Part shown: positions 1-8,919 of the stretch, piece by piece
Position numbering within the stretch: position 1 is the first letter of the stretch
How the letters are laid out: each line of letters begins with the position of its first letter
Source: an uncultured Deferribacteres bacterium
GTDB taxonomy: Bacteria > Zhuqueibacterota > JdFR-76 > DREG01
Direction of reading: 5' to 3'
NCBI GenBank assembly: GCA_913009825.1
Contig: CAJVYQ010000008.1
Coordinates: forward strand, 14,484-78,483
Length of the DNA: 64,000 nt
The notes under the pieces: generated by a model
The model's input: the letters and a program-made list of their open reading frames with translations, nothing else
Told to the model about the DNA's origin: nothing
The model's database searches: none
Program-made: the position numbers and the translations under genes

Positions 1-998
1 ACGACATTGTCCGTTTCAACGGCAAATCCCACAAGAAGACGATCTTTTTTCTCCTTGCCCAACTCCGCCAGGATATCGGTATTTCTCTTCAACGTGAGCA
101 AAATTGAGTCGCCCTCTTTTTTAAGTTTCGAAGGACTGTAATCCGCCGGCCTGTAATCGGAAACCGCTGCCGACATGATGACAACATGGGCGGAAGAATA
201 AGCCTGCAACACAGCCCGCTCCATCTCTGCTGCCGTACGGACAAAAATGGTTTCCGCGTCGTCCGGCGGCGTTAGTTCCGTATGCCCGGTGATCAGCATC
301 ACATTCGCACCCCGGCTTAAGGCGGCTTCAGTTAGTGCAAACCCCATTTTCCCGGACGACAAGTTGGTGATGTAACGCACCGGATCCAGAGGTTCTTCTG
401 TTGGACCGGCGGTAATCAAAAAATTCAACCCGGAAAAATCATTATTGCGCAAAAGTTCAATTCTTGCTGTGGAAAGAATTCGCTCAATAGATGCCAGACG
501 ACCGGCACCGATGGTATGACAGGCCAATTCACCGTGACCGGGATCTACAATTTTACTGCCATATTCACGCAACAGGGCTACATTTTTTTGCACCACCGGA
601 TTGTCCCACATTTCCGTGTTCATTGCTGGGCAAAGGATCGTTTTTTCCGGTCCGGCTACCATCACCATGGTTGTCAGGAGATCGTCCGCAATTCCATTGG
701 CCATCTTACCAATAAAATTCGCCGTGGCGGGACAAATCAACACCGCATCCGCATCTCCCGGGATACCGATATGACGGGTGGCAACCATTTCATCAGCCGG
801 AAACATCTCTGACATCACAGGATGATTGGACAATGTCTCAAAAGTAAGCGGAGTAACAAATTGTTGTGCATGTTTTGTCATTGCCACCTGCACATCGATA
901 CCCATTTTCACCAGTCCGCGAATAATTTCAGCAGCTTTATAAACTGCAATTCCACCGGTGATGCCGAACAGAAGTTTTTTATTTTGCAGGGTGTTCAT
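1..998 (-). CDS. coaBC: Bifunctional phosphopantothenoylcysteine decarboxylase / phosphopantothenate-cysteine ligase. It is partial: the C-terminus lies beyond the window start.
   Basis: Reverse-complement translation from the ATG at 998-996 reads MNTLQNKKLLFGITGGIAVYKAAEIIRGLVKMGIDVQVAMTKHAQQFVTPLTFETLS... The flavoprotein domain is followed by the ligase domain (LITAGPTEEPLDPVRYITNLSSGKMG). The ORF is not in the supplied track because it runs off the edge; only antisense plus-strand ORFs are listed there. Its position after gmk-rpoZ is canonical. Confidence 0.85.
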   Translation of the reverse strand, partial: MNTLQNKKLLFGITGGIAVYKAAEIIRGLVKMGIDVQVAMTKHAQQFVTPLTFETLSNHPVMSEMFPADEMVATRHIGIPGDADAVLICPATANFIGKMANGIADDLLTTMVMVAGPEKTILCPAMNTEMWDNPVVQKNVALLREYGSKIVDPGHGELACHTIGAGRLASIERILSTARIELLRNNDFSGLNFLITAGPTEEPLDPVRYITNLSSGKMGFALTEAALSRGANVMLITGHTELTPPDDAETIFVRTAAEMERAVLQAYSSAHVVIMSAAVSDYRPADYSPSKLKKEGDSILLTLKRNTDILAELGKEKKDRLLVGFAVETDNV

Positions 999-1293
999 TG
1001 TTCTTCTGCTTTTCTTTCTTTTCTTTTTCAGGATATTTTATCTCAAGCTTATCTTCCATTAATTCCCGGATACTCTGATGGACAGGTTTCTCCTTTTTTT
1101 CAAACACTTGTGTTCTGGTTTCAAAATTTATCTCTTCAAACAGGTCATCAGTATCATCTAAATTATCATAAAAAGGTATCTGCGCGTTTCGCATGCTGTT
1201 TATTTGTCTTGCGCGCTTTGAAATGGCTTCCACTGCTTCATAAATGGTTGATGTCTTTTTCTTCAATTCTTCCAAAGGTAAAGTTTTGATCAT
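979..1293 (-). CDS. rpoZ: DNA-directed RNA polymerase subunit omega
   Basis: The 104-aa product contains an omega-like core (EAVEAISKRARQINSMRN) and sits between gmk and coaBC, as in many bacteria. It overlaps coaBC by 20 nt. Confidence 0.7.
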   Translation of the reverse strand: MIKTLPLEELKKKTSTIYEAVEAISKRARQINSMRNAQIPFYDNLDDTDDLFEEINFETRTQVFEKKEKPVHQSIRELMEDKLEIKYPEKEKKEKQKNNEHPAK

Positions 1294-1298
1294 TTTTA

Positions 1299-1892
1299 TT
1301 AAGCCTCCAATTTTACTATTGCTTTTTGAATTTCTTCTGCAACACGTTTAACGGTTTTTTTTAAATACCGGTTGACAATTTGAACATCGTATTCTTCTGC
1401 ATACTTCATCTCGAATGGAATTCGCGCCAATCTTTCCTGAATTTGTGCAGGACCTTCTGATTTTCGTCCCTGTAAACGCCTTTGCAACTCTTCTAAAGAA
1501 GGAGGTGCAAGAAAAATGAGCAGTGATTGGTTCGGAAAGGTTTTCCGAACATTTATTCCGCCCACAACATCGAGATCTAGAAGAACCACTTTCCCTGCCG
1601 AAAGCAATTTTTCAACCGGCTTTTTCAAGGTACCGTAGCGAAAGGAATGAACGTTTGCCCATTCAATAAATTCTCCCTTTTCAATATACCGGTCAAATTC
1701 CCGGTCGGTTAAAAAGTAATAATCAACACCGTGGCTTTCTCTGTTCCGCCTTTCCCGTGTCGTTGCGGAAATGGAATATCCGTATTCAGGATGCTGCTGT
1801 CGCACAGCCCGGATCACCGTGGTTTTCCCCCCTCCTGATGGAGAGGAGATGACACACAGCAAGCCGGGTTTGTTTTTATTCCCCTTATTCAT
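1299..1892 (-). CDS. gmk: Guanylate kinase
   Basis: It has the P-loop SPSGGGKTT and the guanylate kinase signature ISATTRERRNRESHGVDYYFLTDREFDRYIEKGEFIEWANVHSFRYGT. Confidence 0.93.
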   Translation of the reverse strand: MNKGNKNKPGLLCVISSPSGGGKTTVIRAVRQQHPEYGYSISATTRERRNRESHGVDYYFLTDREFDRYIEKGEFIEWANVHSFRYGTLKKPVEKLLSAGKVVLLDLDVVGGINVRKTFPNQSLLIFLAPPSLEELQRRLQGRKSEGPAQIQERLARIPFEMKYAEEYDVQIVNRYLKKTVKRVAEEIQKAIVKLEA

Positions 1893-2166
1893 CGTCGAAA
1901 TTGGAATCCTGAATTCTTTGCGTTATGGTATCCACCGTATTTGAGGACAGCACAACGTGATCGCTATCCATTACCACAACGGATTTTGTTTTCTTACCCA
2001 GTGTAGCATCCACCAATTTATTGCCGTTTTTTGCTTCGTTTATCAATATACGAACCGGCCGGGAATGAGGCGAGATAACGGCAACAATCCTGTTTCTGGC
2101 CACCATATTTTTAAACCCCACACTAATCATGGAATAGGATATATTTTGCCGATTCTGCTTATTCAA
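1885..2166 (-). CDS. remA: DUF370/RemA-family small regulatory protein
   Basis: The 93-aa product aligns along its length with B. subtilis RemA/YlzA (IVAVISPHSRPVRILINEAKNGNKLVDATLGKKTKSVVVMDSDHVVLS). It is immediately upstream of gmk, as in Firmicutes. Confidence 0.85.
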   Translation of the reverse strand: MNKQNRQNISYSMISVGFKNMVARNRIVAVISPHSRPVRILINEAKNGNKLVDATLGKKTKSVVVMDSDHVVLSSNTVDTITQRIQDSNFDDE

Positions 2167-3037
2167 TGTTCTGCACCTGCTCTCTTATTTTTTCGATCTC
2201 TTCTTTTACGAACACAACCCGGTGAGAAATCTCCGCATTGTTGGCTTTGGAACCGATAGTATTGGCCTCACGGTTCATCTCCTGAATCAAAAAATTCAGC
2301 CGTCGTCCCACCATTTCCGGGCTATCGACAAAATCCCGGAACAGTTGCACATGACTATGAAACCGGACACATTCCTCGGTAATGTCCAGCCGGTCCGCCA
2401 AAATAGCGATCTCCATCTCCAAACGGTCGGCGTTTACTTCCGGATCCTGCAAAATCTCTTTGATCCGCTCCTTCAGGGATTGAAATTCCACCGGCAGGCG
2501 ATTTTTGGAAATTTCTTTGATTTCCTGCACATATTTTTCGACCTGCACCAGCCGCTGCAACAGATCGACAGCCAGGTTTTCACCTTCCAGAGCGCGCATC
2601 CGGTTCATTTCATCCAGTGCACAATTAATCGCCTCTTCGGCAAAAGGCCAGAATTCATCATCCGGTTCGATCTCTTCGATAGGCGTAAAGATTTCGGAAA
2701 ATTTCAAAATATGTTCTAAGCTAATTTCATCTTGTAAATCCAATTGCTCCTTCATATCGTCGAGCATCTTTTTGTAACCGCGCGCGGCTTCATAATCAAC
2801 TTTGATATCCAGATCGGCCACATCTGCCGCCTGCAAAGATACAAACAGGCTGATTCTCCCCCTTTGCACTTTCCGGCGGATTAGCTCCCGCGTATTATTT
2901 TCATAAGCGGTTAAGAATTTTGGTAATTTAATGGCTACATCCAGATAGCGGTTATTCACCGAACGAACCTCCGCCGTTACATGAATCTTTTGATTGCCAC
3001 TTTCACCGTGGCCGAAACCTGTCATACTAACCAACAT
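2159..3037 (-). CDS. YicC/YloC family stress-induced protein (DUF1732)
   Basis: The N-terminus MLVSMTGFGHGE matches the YicC start motif. The tracked ORF extends to 3118, but the conserved start is the Met at 3037. It is translationally coupled to remA (8-nt overlap). Confidence 0.8.
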   Translation of the reverse strand: MLVSMTGFGHGESGNQKIHVTAEVRSVNNRYLDVAIKLPKFLTAYENNTRELIRRKVQRGRISLFVSLQAADVADLDIKVDYEAARGYKKMLDDMKEQLDLQDEISLEHILKFSEIFTPIEEIEPDDEFWPFAEEAINCALDEMNRMRALEGENLAVDLLQRLVQVEKYVQEIKEISKNRLPVEFQSLKERIKEILQDPEVNADRLEMEIAILADRLDITEECVRFHSHVQLFRDFVDSPEMVGRRLNFLIQEMNREANTIGSKANNAEISHRVVFVKEEIEKIREQVQNIE

Positions 3038-3355
3038 AAACACCCAAATATTTTTTCGATAAACATAAGATATTTTAAAATTTACGTAAGTTAAATTATA
3101 CGAAAAAAAACGCTGCAAAGCAATTCTTTTTTCGTGATTTTTTACTCTGTCGGGTCTGCAATTATAGAAACAGTTTTGGGGGGAACAGCTTAATTATGAA
3201 TATCCGGCCTACTCGGGCAAAACGATTATGGGCAAAAATATTTCAATATCCACCACAATTTAATACACTGAGATAACAAACAGGTCGTAACCAATCACAG
3301 GGATCCATTTGAAGGCTGCAAAAGATCATCTGTCAATCGTAAACATTCTTTCACA

Positions 3356-3422
3356 CACCCCTCTATATCCCCACCTCAAGAGGGGACTAAAATCCCTCCT
3401 TGAGGTGGGACATAGGGGGGTG
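3356..3422. repeat. Long near-perfect palindrome with about 31-nt arms and a 6-nt loop
   Basis: The left arm cacccctctatatccccacctcaagagggga pairs with the right arm tccctccttgaggtgggacataggggggtg. The reverse complement of the right arm matches the left arm with only a few mismatches. Confidence 0.8.
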
Positions 3423-3545
3423 TAAAGAGTCAATTCTACTTAATCCTGTGATCGGGGGTTACAATTTTAATTCTTTGAAAAATTCCACCCCGCAGCAGGG
3501 AGCTTCATCAATTGCTGCACACAGGCATTGTTCTTACGATCTATT

Positions 3546-3720
3546 TCGCCCCTTCAGGGCTAAGAATCTATTTTTAATTCAAATCCCGGCGCTTCGCACC
3601 GGGCTGGTATATTTTACTTTTTCAGAGTGTATTCCCACCCTGAAAGGGTGAGATAACCCAGCCCCGGGAAGAGCCCGGGGTTGATTTATATCCTATTTTT
3701 CCATAGCCCTGAAGGGGCGT
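3546..3720. repeat. TIR-bounded element of about 175 bp carrying three internal hairpins
   Basis: The terminal inverted repeat cgccccttcagggcta (3546-3561) pairs with tagccctgaaggggcg (3705-3720). Internal hairpins are cccggcgcttcgcaccgggc, cccaccctgaaagggtgag and cagccccgggaagagcccggggttg. Confidence 0.7.
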
Positions 3721-4029
3721 AATTATTATTTCCTTTCTCCATTCTTTAGCAAAACCTTTCCTGAGCTTACCGAAGGGGGAGGTTAGGAGTGGTTGAATTC
3801 AATTTTTTCAAAGAATTAAAATGTTACGAAATACCCAATCCTGAATAAGATTTCGTTTGTCTCGTGTAATTAGTGGGCTGAGTAGTTAAAAGGATTTTAT
3901 AAAACTGATCATCGGGTTGAATAGTAAAACTGTAAAGCGAAGAATGGCTAAAAGGTTCTTTAATAATTTTGTTCGTTCAAGTGTAACCATTCAGGTTTCT
4001 ACAGAGGTATACAATACTTCTTTTCGCCG

Positions 4030-5064
4030 TTATGGAACTTGAGCCGGTTTTCTTTTGTATTTATCTTCTTCCAAAGATAGAGTCAGAGAAATTCTGTAGG
4101 TATTGCCCAAATCCTGATGGCTTAAGAAAGCGGCGTCAAAACGGAGACGGGGTAGTTGTATGCCGGCGCCGGCGGCAAAATGGCCGATATCGTAGCCGGC
4201 GCGAAGGAAAATCACATTGCGGTACCCTGCCTCCAGTCCCGCATGCAAATCCATGCTGACAGGGCCGATATTTTGCTGTGCGGCAAATTTCCTGCCCTCA
4301 AACCGGGTATCCACATCAAAGGCAGGCAAAAACTGAAAATCAGATATATGTACCGGCCAGGCAAACCCCCATTTCAAATTAGGGCTGATCAACTCTTTGT
4401 TCCCCGTATCCCAGGCGATGAGCGTGGTCGTTGCATCCTGCAGATTAACGCCCAATCTCAGATCCCGGTAAACCGGCATTAACAGGCCAATATCGAAGCC
4501 AACTCCCCAGGCGCTGTTTACATCCACCGATTTCCGGATCATTTTAATATTACCGCCCAACCAGATATTTGCGCGCCATTTCTTCGCATACGAAAAATAC
4601 CCCACATATTCAATATCGTTGGCATTATGGTCGATGACGGGCACATTGCGTATTTTCTGACCTGTGTTATCTTCAAAAACAGCATTCAGCGGTAAATCCG
4701 GATTTTTCAAAACAGTGAAAGGAATATCATCAATCCCCATGCGCATCAACCCAAAAGAGAGGCTGGATTCCGCTTTAAAAGGGAGCGCAACAACGGCAAA
4801 ATTGTTTTTCACTACACCGGCAAATCTTTCGGCGTACATCAGGTGAATTTCCGGATACTGCAGCCGCGCCAGTCCGGCAGGGTTCCAATAAGAAGCAATA
4901 CTGCCATCCGCTACCGCCACAAATGCACCACCCATACCAAGCGCTCTGGGCCCGGTACCCACACTCATCAACTCACCTGCATATTTAGCAATATGCTGAG
5001 CCTGAACAAAACCGGTGAAAAAAAACAAAGCAGTACAACCAAAAAGGAAGTTTCGTATTTTCAT
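4030..5064 (-). CDS. Outer-membrane beta-barrel protein with signal peptide. Its family is uncertain; it may be PorV/UPF0164-like.
   Basis: The N-terminus MKIRNFLFGCTALFFFTGFVQAQ is a cleavable signal peptide. The body is beta-rich with alternating hydrophobic residues. The motif LGMGGAFVAVADGSIASYWNPAGLA near the N-terminus is typical of a group of diderm OMPs. Confidence 0.6.
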   Translation of the reverse strand: MKIRNFLFGCTALFFFTGFVQAQHIAKYAGELMSVGTGPRALGMGGAFVAVADGSIASYWNPAGLARLQYPEIHLMYAERFAGVVKNNFAVVALPFKAESSLSFGLMRMGIDDIPFTVLKNPDLPLNAVFEDNTGQKIRNVPVIDHNANDIEYVGYFSYAKKWRANIWLGGNIKMIRKSVDVNSAWGVGFDIGLLMPVYRDLRLGVNLQDATTTLIAWDTGNKELISPNLKWGFAWPVHISDFQFLPAFDVDTRFEGRKFAAQQNIGPVSMDLHAGLEAGYRNVIFLRAGYDIGHFAAGAGIQLPRLRFDAAFLSHQDLGNTYRISLTLSLEEDKYKRKPAQVP

Positions 5065-5144
5065 CGTCTATTCCAAAGTTTCAGTCTTTCCAATGTTAAA
5101 CCGGAAATCAGTGAAAAAGATTCCAACTTTCTTCGCTCCGGAAT

Positions 5145-5462
5145 TTATGATTTGATCATGGTCAGTACCATTTTCATTTTCTCCATCGCCTTCAATCCAT
5201 GAGGTTCATCGGCGGGCATAATGATCATATCCTCTTTTTCTAAAATATACGATTCGCCGGAAATGGAGATATCCACTTTGCCATCAAGAACATACACCAT
5301 GGCATCGAAGGGCGACGTATGTTCGCTGAGCGCCTGCCCTTTATCAAAGGCAAACAGAGTAACAATGCCGGTTTTTCTTTCAATCAGTGCTTTACTGACA
5401 ATGGAATCGGTTTGGTAATCAATCATTCCGGATAATTTTTGCGCCGTCATTTTTTCGCTCAT
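5145..5462 (-). CDS. Cupin-domain protein
   Basis: The 105-aa product has the cupin-2 barrel pattern (GQALSEHTSPFDAMVYVLDGKVDISISGESYILEKEDMIIMPADEPHGLKA). Confidence 0.7.
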   Translation of the reverse strand: MSEKMTAQKLSGMIDYQTDSIVSKALIERKTGIVTLFAFDKGQALSEHTSPFDAMVYVLDGKVDISISGESYILEKEDMIIMPADEPHGLKAMEKMKMVLTMIKS

Positions 5463-8116
5463 TATTTTCCTCCGTTTGCCATCTTTTTTAATTCGGCTAA
5501 TTTGGTTAAGGCCTGAAGCGGCGTTAAGTTATTGATATCGATTTCATGCAACTGCTGTTTAAACCGGTTCTCTTCTTTGCGAATGAAAAGATCCAATTGA
5601 GAAGAGCCGTTTTTCTGATTTGTTTTCGAACTGCGCGCCAATCTGGGTTGATGAGAAGGTGTCAGTTCATCATTTTCCAGGTTTGCCAGCACTTCACGGG
5701 CGCGGGCAATGACATGCTCCGGCAACCCCGCCAACCGGGCAACCTGAATTCCATAGCTGTGATCACAGCCGCCCGCCACAATTTTACGCAGGAATACTAT
5801 CTGATCTCCCCATTCCTTGACATCCACATTGTAATTTTTTACCCGGGGCAGAATCAGCGCCAACTCGGTCAATTCGTGATAATGGGTGGCGAACAGTGTT
5901 TTCGCGGCAACTTTTGGGTGATTGTGCAGATATTCCGCAACAGACCAGGCGATGGATAACCCATCAAATGTGGAGGTGCCGCGGCCGATCTCATCCAATA
6001 AAATCAAACTTTCGTGGGTAGCGTTGTTCAAGATATTCGCCATTTCGTTCATCTCCACCAAAAATGTGGATTCGCCGCCGGCCAGGTTGTCCGACGCTCC
6101 CACTCTGGTAAAAATCCGGTCTACTATGCCGATAACGGCGGATTTTGCCGGCACAAAGCTGCCCATCTGCGCCAAAAGTGTGATTAAACCAACCTGACGA
6201 ATATAGGTTGATTTCCCGGCCATATTCGGTCCGGTGATGATCAGCACCTGTTCCTCACCGGTGGATAAAAAGGTGTCGTTGGGAATAAATTGCTCGCCCA
6301 CGGGAAGCAAATTCTCCACTACGGGATGTCGTCCTTCTTTAATCTCGATAGTTTCGCCGTCATTGATAACCGGTTTTACATAATTTTCCGACCCGGCAAC
6401 TTCGGACAGGGAACGAACCACATCAAGTTGCGCAATCAAACGGGCGTTGTTCTGAATTACCGCCGATTGATCGGATATTTTTTGCCGGATATCTTCGAAA
6501 AGTTCATACTCAAGCGCCGCCATTTTTTCTTCTGCAGTCAGAACTTTTTCCTCGTACTCCTTCAGATCGGGCGTAATATACCGCTCCGCATTGACCAGCG
6601 TCTGTTTGCGAATGTAACTCTCCGGAACTTTGGTCAGGTGAGTTTTTGTTACTTCGATATAATAACCGAAAACTTTATTGTAGCCCACTTTAAGCGACGG
6701 AATTCCGGTTTTTTCCCGCTCCATTTCCTGCAGCGTGGCGATCCATTTCTTGCCGGAAAAAGCAATTTTACGATATTCATCCAGATCCCCATTGTAGCCT
6801 TCCCTGATCAATCTGCCTTCAGTAATGGTAATGGGCGGATCGTCCGTCACGGCGCGTTCAATTAAATCGGCCGTGTCTTGCAGGGGTTGTAGATTGCTGC
6901 AGATCCGTTTCACAAAATGCGATTCCATTTTCTGTAAAAGCTGTTTGATTTCCGGCAATTTCAACAAGGAATCCTTCAGCGCATTAAAATCCCGGCCGTT
7001 GCCGCGCCGGGCGGAAATTTTTGAAATCAGCCGCTCCGGATCACCGATGGATTTCAGCATTTTTTGCAGATCAGAGCGAAGATCGACCGAGTGGAATAAT
7101 TCTTCAACGGCATCCAGGCGGGCATTGATCTCCCGGACACTGCGTAATGGGAATTGAATCCAGTTTCGCAGCAAGCGCCCGCCCATTGGTGTGATAGTGC
7201 GGTCGATGATAGAAATCAGACTGCCTTCTTTACGTTCGCCCATCAGGGTAGTCAGAATCTCCAGATTGCGCAAAGTGGCCGGATCCAAAATCATGTATTG
7301 ACCGGGATAAGTTCGGTTCAACTGCCGGATGTGGCTCAATTCCGATTTTTTGTTCTCCTGCAGATAGTGAAACAGTACGCCCGCCGCACTGATTCCCGCA
7401 TCCAAATCTTCACAGCCAAATCCTTTCAACGAGGAAGTTTTAAAATGACGAGTGAGAGTTTCGTAAGCGAAGGTGTAAGAGAATAACCATTCTTCGAGCC
7501 TGGTGATGGTAAAATTGAGAATGTTGCGGACGTTTTTCTTCAAAAAGTCGGATTGTTCCCCGGAAACCAGAACTTCGGAAGGCTGGGAATTGAGCACATA
7601 ATCCTGCACATCTTTCAGCGAAAATTCGGTTACGGAAAATTCACCGGTGGTAAGATCGGCTTTGGCCAGGCCACAAATTTCACCCTTAAAATAAACAGAA
7701 ACCAGAAAATTATTCCGCTTGCTCTCCAGCATATCATCGGAGAAAACCGTGCCCGGCGTAACAACTTCGATCACTTCCCGCTTGACGATGGTTTTGGCTT
7801 TTTTCGGGTCTTCCACCTGCTCACAAATGGCCACCTTGTAGCCGGCTTTCACCATTTTGGCCAGGTAGCCCTGGACGGAGTGATGGGGAAATCCTGCCAG
7901 GGGAACAGCGCCCGAAGTGCCGTGGCCTCGTGAAGTTAGCGTCAAGCCTAAAACTTTCGAGGCGATCTTTGCGTCCTCAAAAAATAACTCGAAAAAATCG
8001 CCCATCCGAAAAAAGAGAATCTGCTCTTTATGTTTATTTTTGATAGACCAATATTGCTCCATCAAAGGGGTGATGTCAGCCATCGAATTCTTTCGTTCGT
8101 TTGTGTTAAAAATCAC
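5462..8116 (-). CDS. mutS: DNA mismatch repair protein MutS
   Basis: The 884-aa product has the mismatch-binding N-terminus (ITPLMEQYWSIKNKHKEQILFFRMGDFFELFFEDA), the Walker A motif GPNMAGKSTYIRQV, and STFLVEMNE followed by DEIGRGTSTFDGLSIA. The true start is probably the MADITPL Met at about 8086. Confidence 0.93.
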   Translation of the reverse strand: MIFNTNERKNSMADITPLMEQYWSIKNKHKEQILFFRMGDFFELFFEDAKIASKVLGLTLTSRGHGTSGAVPLAGFPHHSVQGYLAKMVKAGYKVAICEQVEDPKKAKTIVKREVIEVVTPGTVFSDDMLESKRNNFLVSVYFKGEICGLAKADLTTGEFSVTEFSLKDVQDYVLNSQPSEVLVSGEQSDFLKKNVRNILNFTITRLEEWLFSYTFAYETLTRHFKTSSLKGFGCEDLDAGISAAGVLFHYLQENKKSELSHIRQLNRTYPGQYMILDPATLRNLEILTTLMGERKEGSLISIIDRTITPMGGRLLRNWIQFPLRSVREINARLDAVEELFHSVDLRSDLQKMLKSIGDPERLISKISARRGNGRDFNALKDSLLKLPEIKQLLQKMESHFVKRICSNLQPLQDTADLIERAVTDDPPITITEGRLIREGYNGDLDEYRKIAFSGKKWIATLQEMEREKTGIPSLKVGYNKVFGYYIEVTKTHLTKVPESYIRKQTLVNAERYITPDLKEYEEKVLTAEEKMAALEYELFEDIRQKISDQSAVIQNNARLIAQLDVVRSLSEVAGSENYVKPVINDGETIEIKEGRHPVVENLLPVGEQFIPNDTFLSTGEEQVLIITGPNMAGKSTYIRQVGLITLLAQMGSFVPAKSAVIGIVDRIFTRVGASDNLAGGESTFLVEMNEMANILNNATHESLILLDEIGRGTSTFDGLSIAWSVAEYLHNHPKVAAKTLFATHYHELTELALILPRVKNYNVDVKEWGDQIVFLRKIVAGGCDHSYGIQVARLAGLPEHVIARAREVLANLENDELTPSHQPRLARSSKTNQKNGSSQLDLFIRKEENRFKQQLHEIDINNLTPLQALTKLAELKKMANGGK

Positions 8117-8397
8117 AACTATTCAGGCATGCTCTATATATTACCTAAATTGAGCGATTGTAGGGCGATTCGCTGAATCGCCAACCGGATTTACATTAAA
8201 AATGAAAATCCGTTTAGCCATTTAAAACAAACTCAAAAACAAGAGAATCGCCAATTCAGGTATTAACTATAATAACACTTCGACTAAGTTTATCCTGAAC
8301 TTATCGAAAAAGAAGGCTCGGCATGGTTTTTCTGCCCGGTCTGAGCGAAGCCGAAAGCCTACTGTGCGTTAAATAACCGGCATACCTGAATAGGTAC
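8117..8397. repeat. Family-4 MITE-like element (TIR GTAACTAYTCAGG) interrupted by a nested family-1 MITE
   Basis: The left terminus caactattcaggcatgc (8117-8133) pairs with the right terminus gcatacctgaataggtac (8380-8397). The internal segment cttcgactaagtttatcctgaac matches the copy at 15420-15604. Confidence 0.7.
8143..8261 (-). repeat. Family-1 MITE copy A (119 bp) with 3-bp target-site duplication ATT
   Basis: Its termini are acctaaattgagcgattg and gaatcgccaattcaggt, and it contains the internal perfect hairpin ggcgattcgctgaatcgcc. The flanking trinucleotide att occurs at 8140-8142 and again at 8262-8264. Confidence 0.8.
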
Positions 8398-8731
8398 AAA
8401 AAGTTAGGAAAATGGATGGTTTAAATCAAGAATAATTTGGAGAAGCGAAATAGATTGATGGGTCACCGGAGCAGCGGAATACTGAATTGAACGAATGTAA
8501 CCTTTACATAATTGGAGCGATTTTTTCATTTACAAGGATGCAAATCATTAAGATTCCTGCTTTCGCAGGAATGACACTCATTATTCGCCCCGGCAGGGGT
8601 TGAACTCCTGCCCAAGCATAAGAATTTGTGGAAAAGCCGCATGTTAGCTGCTGTTTCTTAATTCCCTAAAAAATGGATAACCGTAACTTTAAAAACCATC
8701 CGGCCAGATCTCTTTTTCGAGCTAAAGCTCG

Positions 8732-8854
8732 ACCAACTGAATTACTGTTTTTGAGTTTGTTTTAAAGGTCTAACGTGTTTTCATTTTTTCAGGTAAATCC
8801 ATAGAAATCAGGTTGGCGATTCAGCGAATCGCCCTACAATCGCTCAATTTAGGT
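8732..8854 (+). repeat. Family-1 MITE copy B with a decayed left TIR
   Basis: The right half ggttggcgattcagcgaatcgccctacaatcgctcaatttaggt is intact, while the left TIR is reduced to accaactgaatt. It is inverted relative to copy A, so the pair forms roughly 100-bp inverted repeats around a 470-bp repeat-rich core. Confidence 0.7.
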
Positions 8855-8919
8855 ATAATTAAAATTCTACAGATGTTTACAGCAGGCATCTGAATAGCCA
8901 CTCATTTTCAATTATTCAA

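Noticed and set aside
491-1289. Plus-strand ORFs listed in the track across 491-1289 (and many similar plus-strand ORFs throughout, for example 5546-7933, 10100-11147, 43075-43905)
   Set aside because: They lie antisense to well-supported minus-strand genes (coaBC, mutS, maeB, ftsZ and others). They have low-complexity, His/Arg/Cys-rich translations and no family I recognise.
3119-4029. RNase P RNA, tmRNA, 6S or SRP RNA in the long structured spacer
   Set aside because: No P4 (AGGAAAGTCCGG), tmRNA 3' (GGTTCGATTCC...CCA), or SRP domain IV consensus is found. The hairpins are better explained as palindromic or TIR repeat elements.
8585-8612. tRNA-like T-arm (gcaggggttgaactcctgc)
   Set aside because: The loop is 9 nt and lacks the TTCRANY consensus. 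No acceptor, D or anticodon arms can be built around it. It is part of a MITE-type hairpin.
8117-8919. Possible CRISPR array, suggested by the many short repeated sequences in the intergenic regions
   Set aside because: The repeats are inverted (TIR-type), irregularly spaced, occur singly at dispersed loci, and show target-site duplications. There is no unit of direct repeat plus unique spacer with constant period, and no cas genes.
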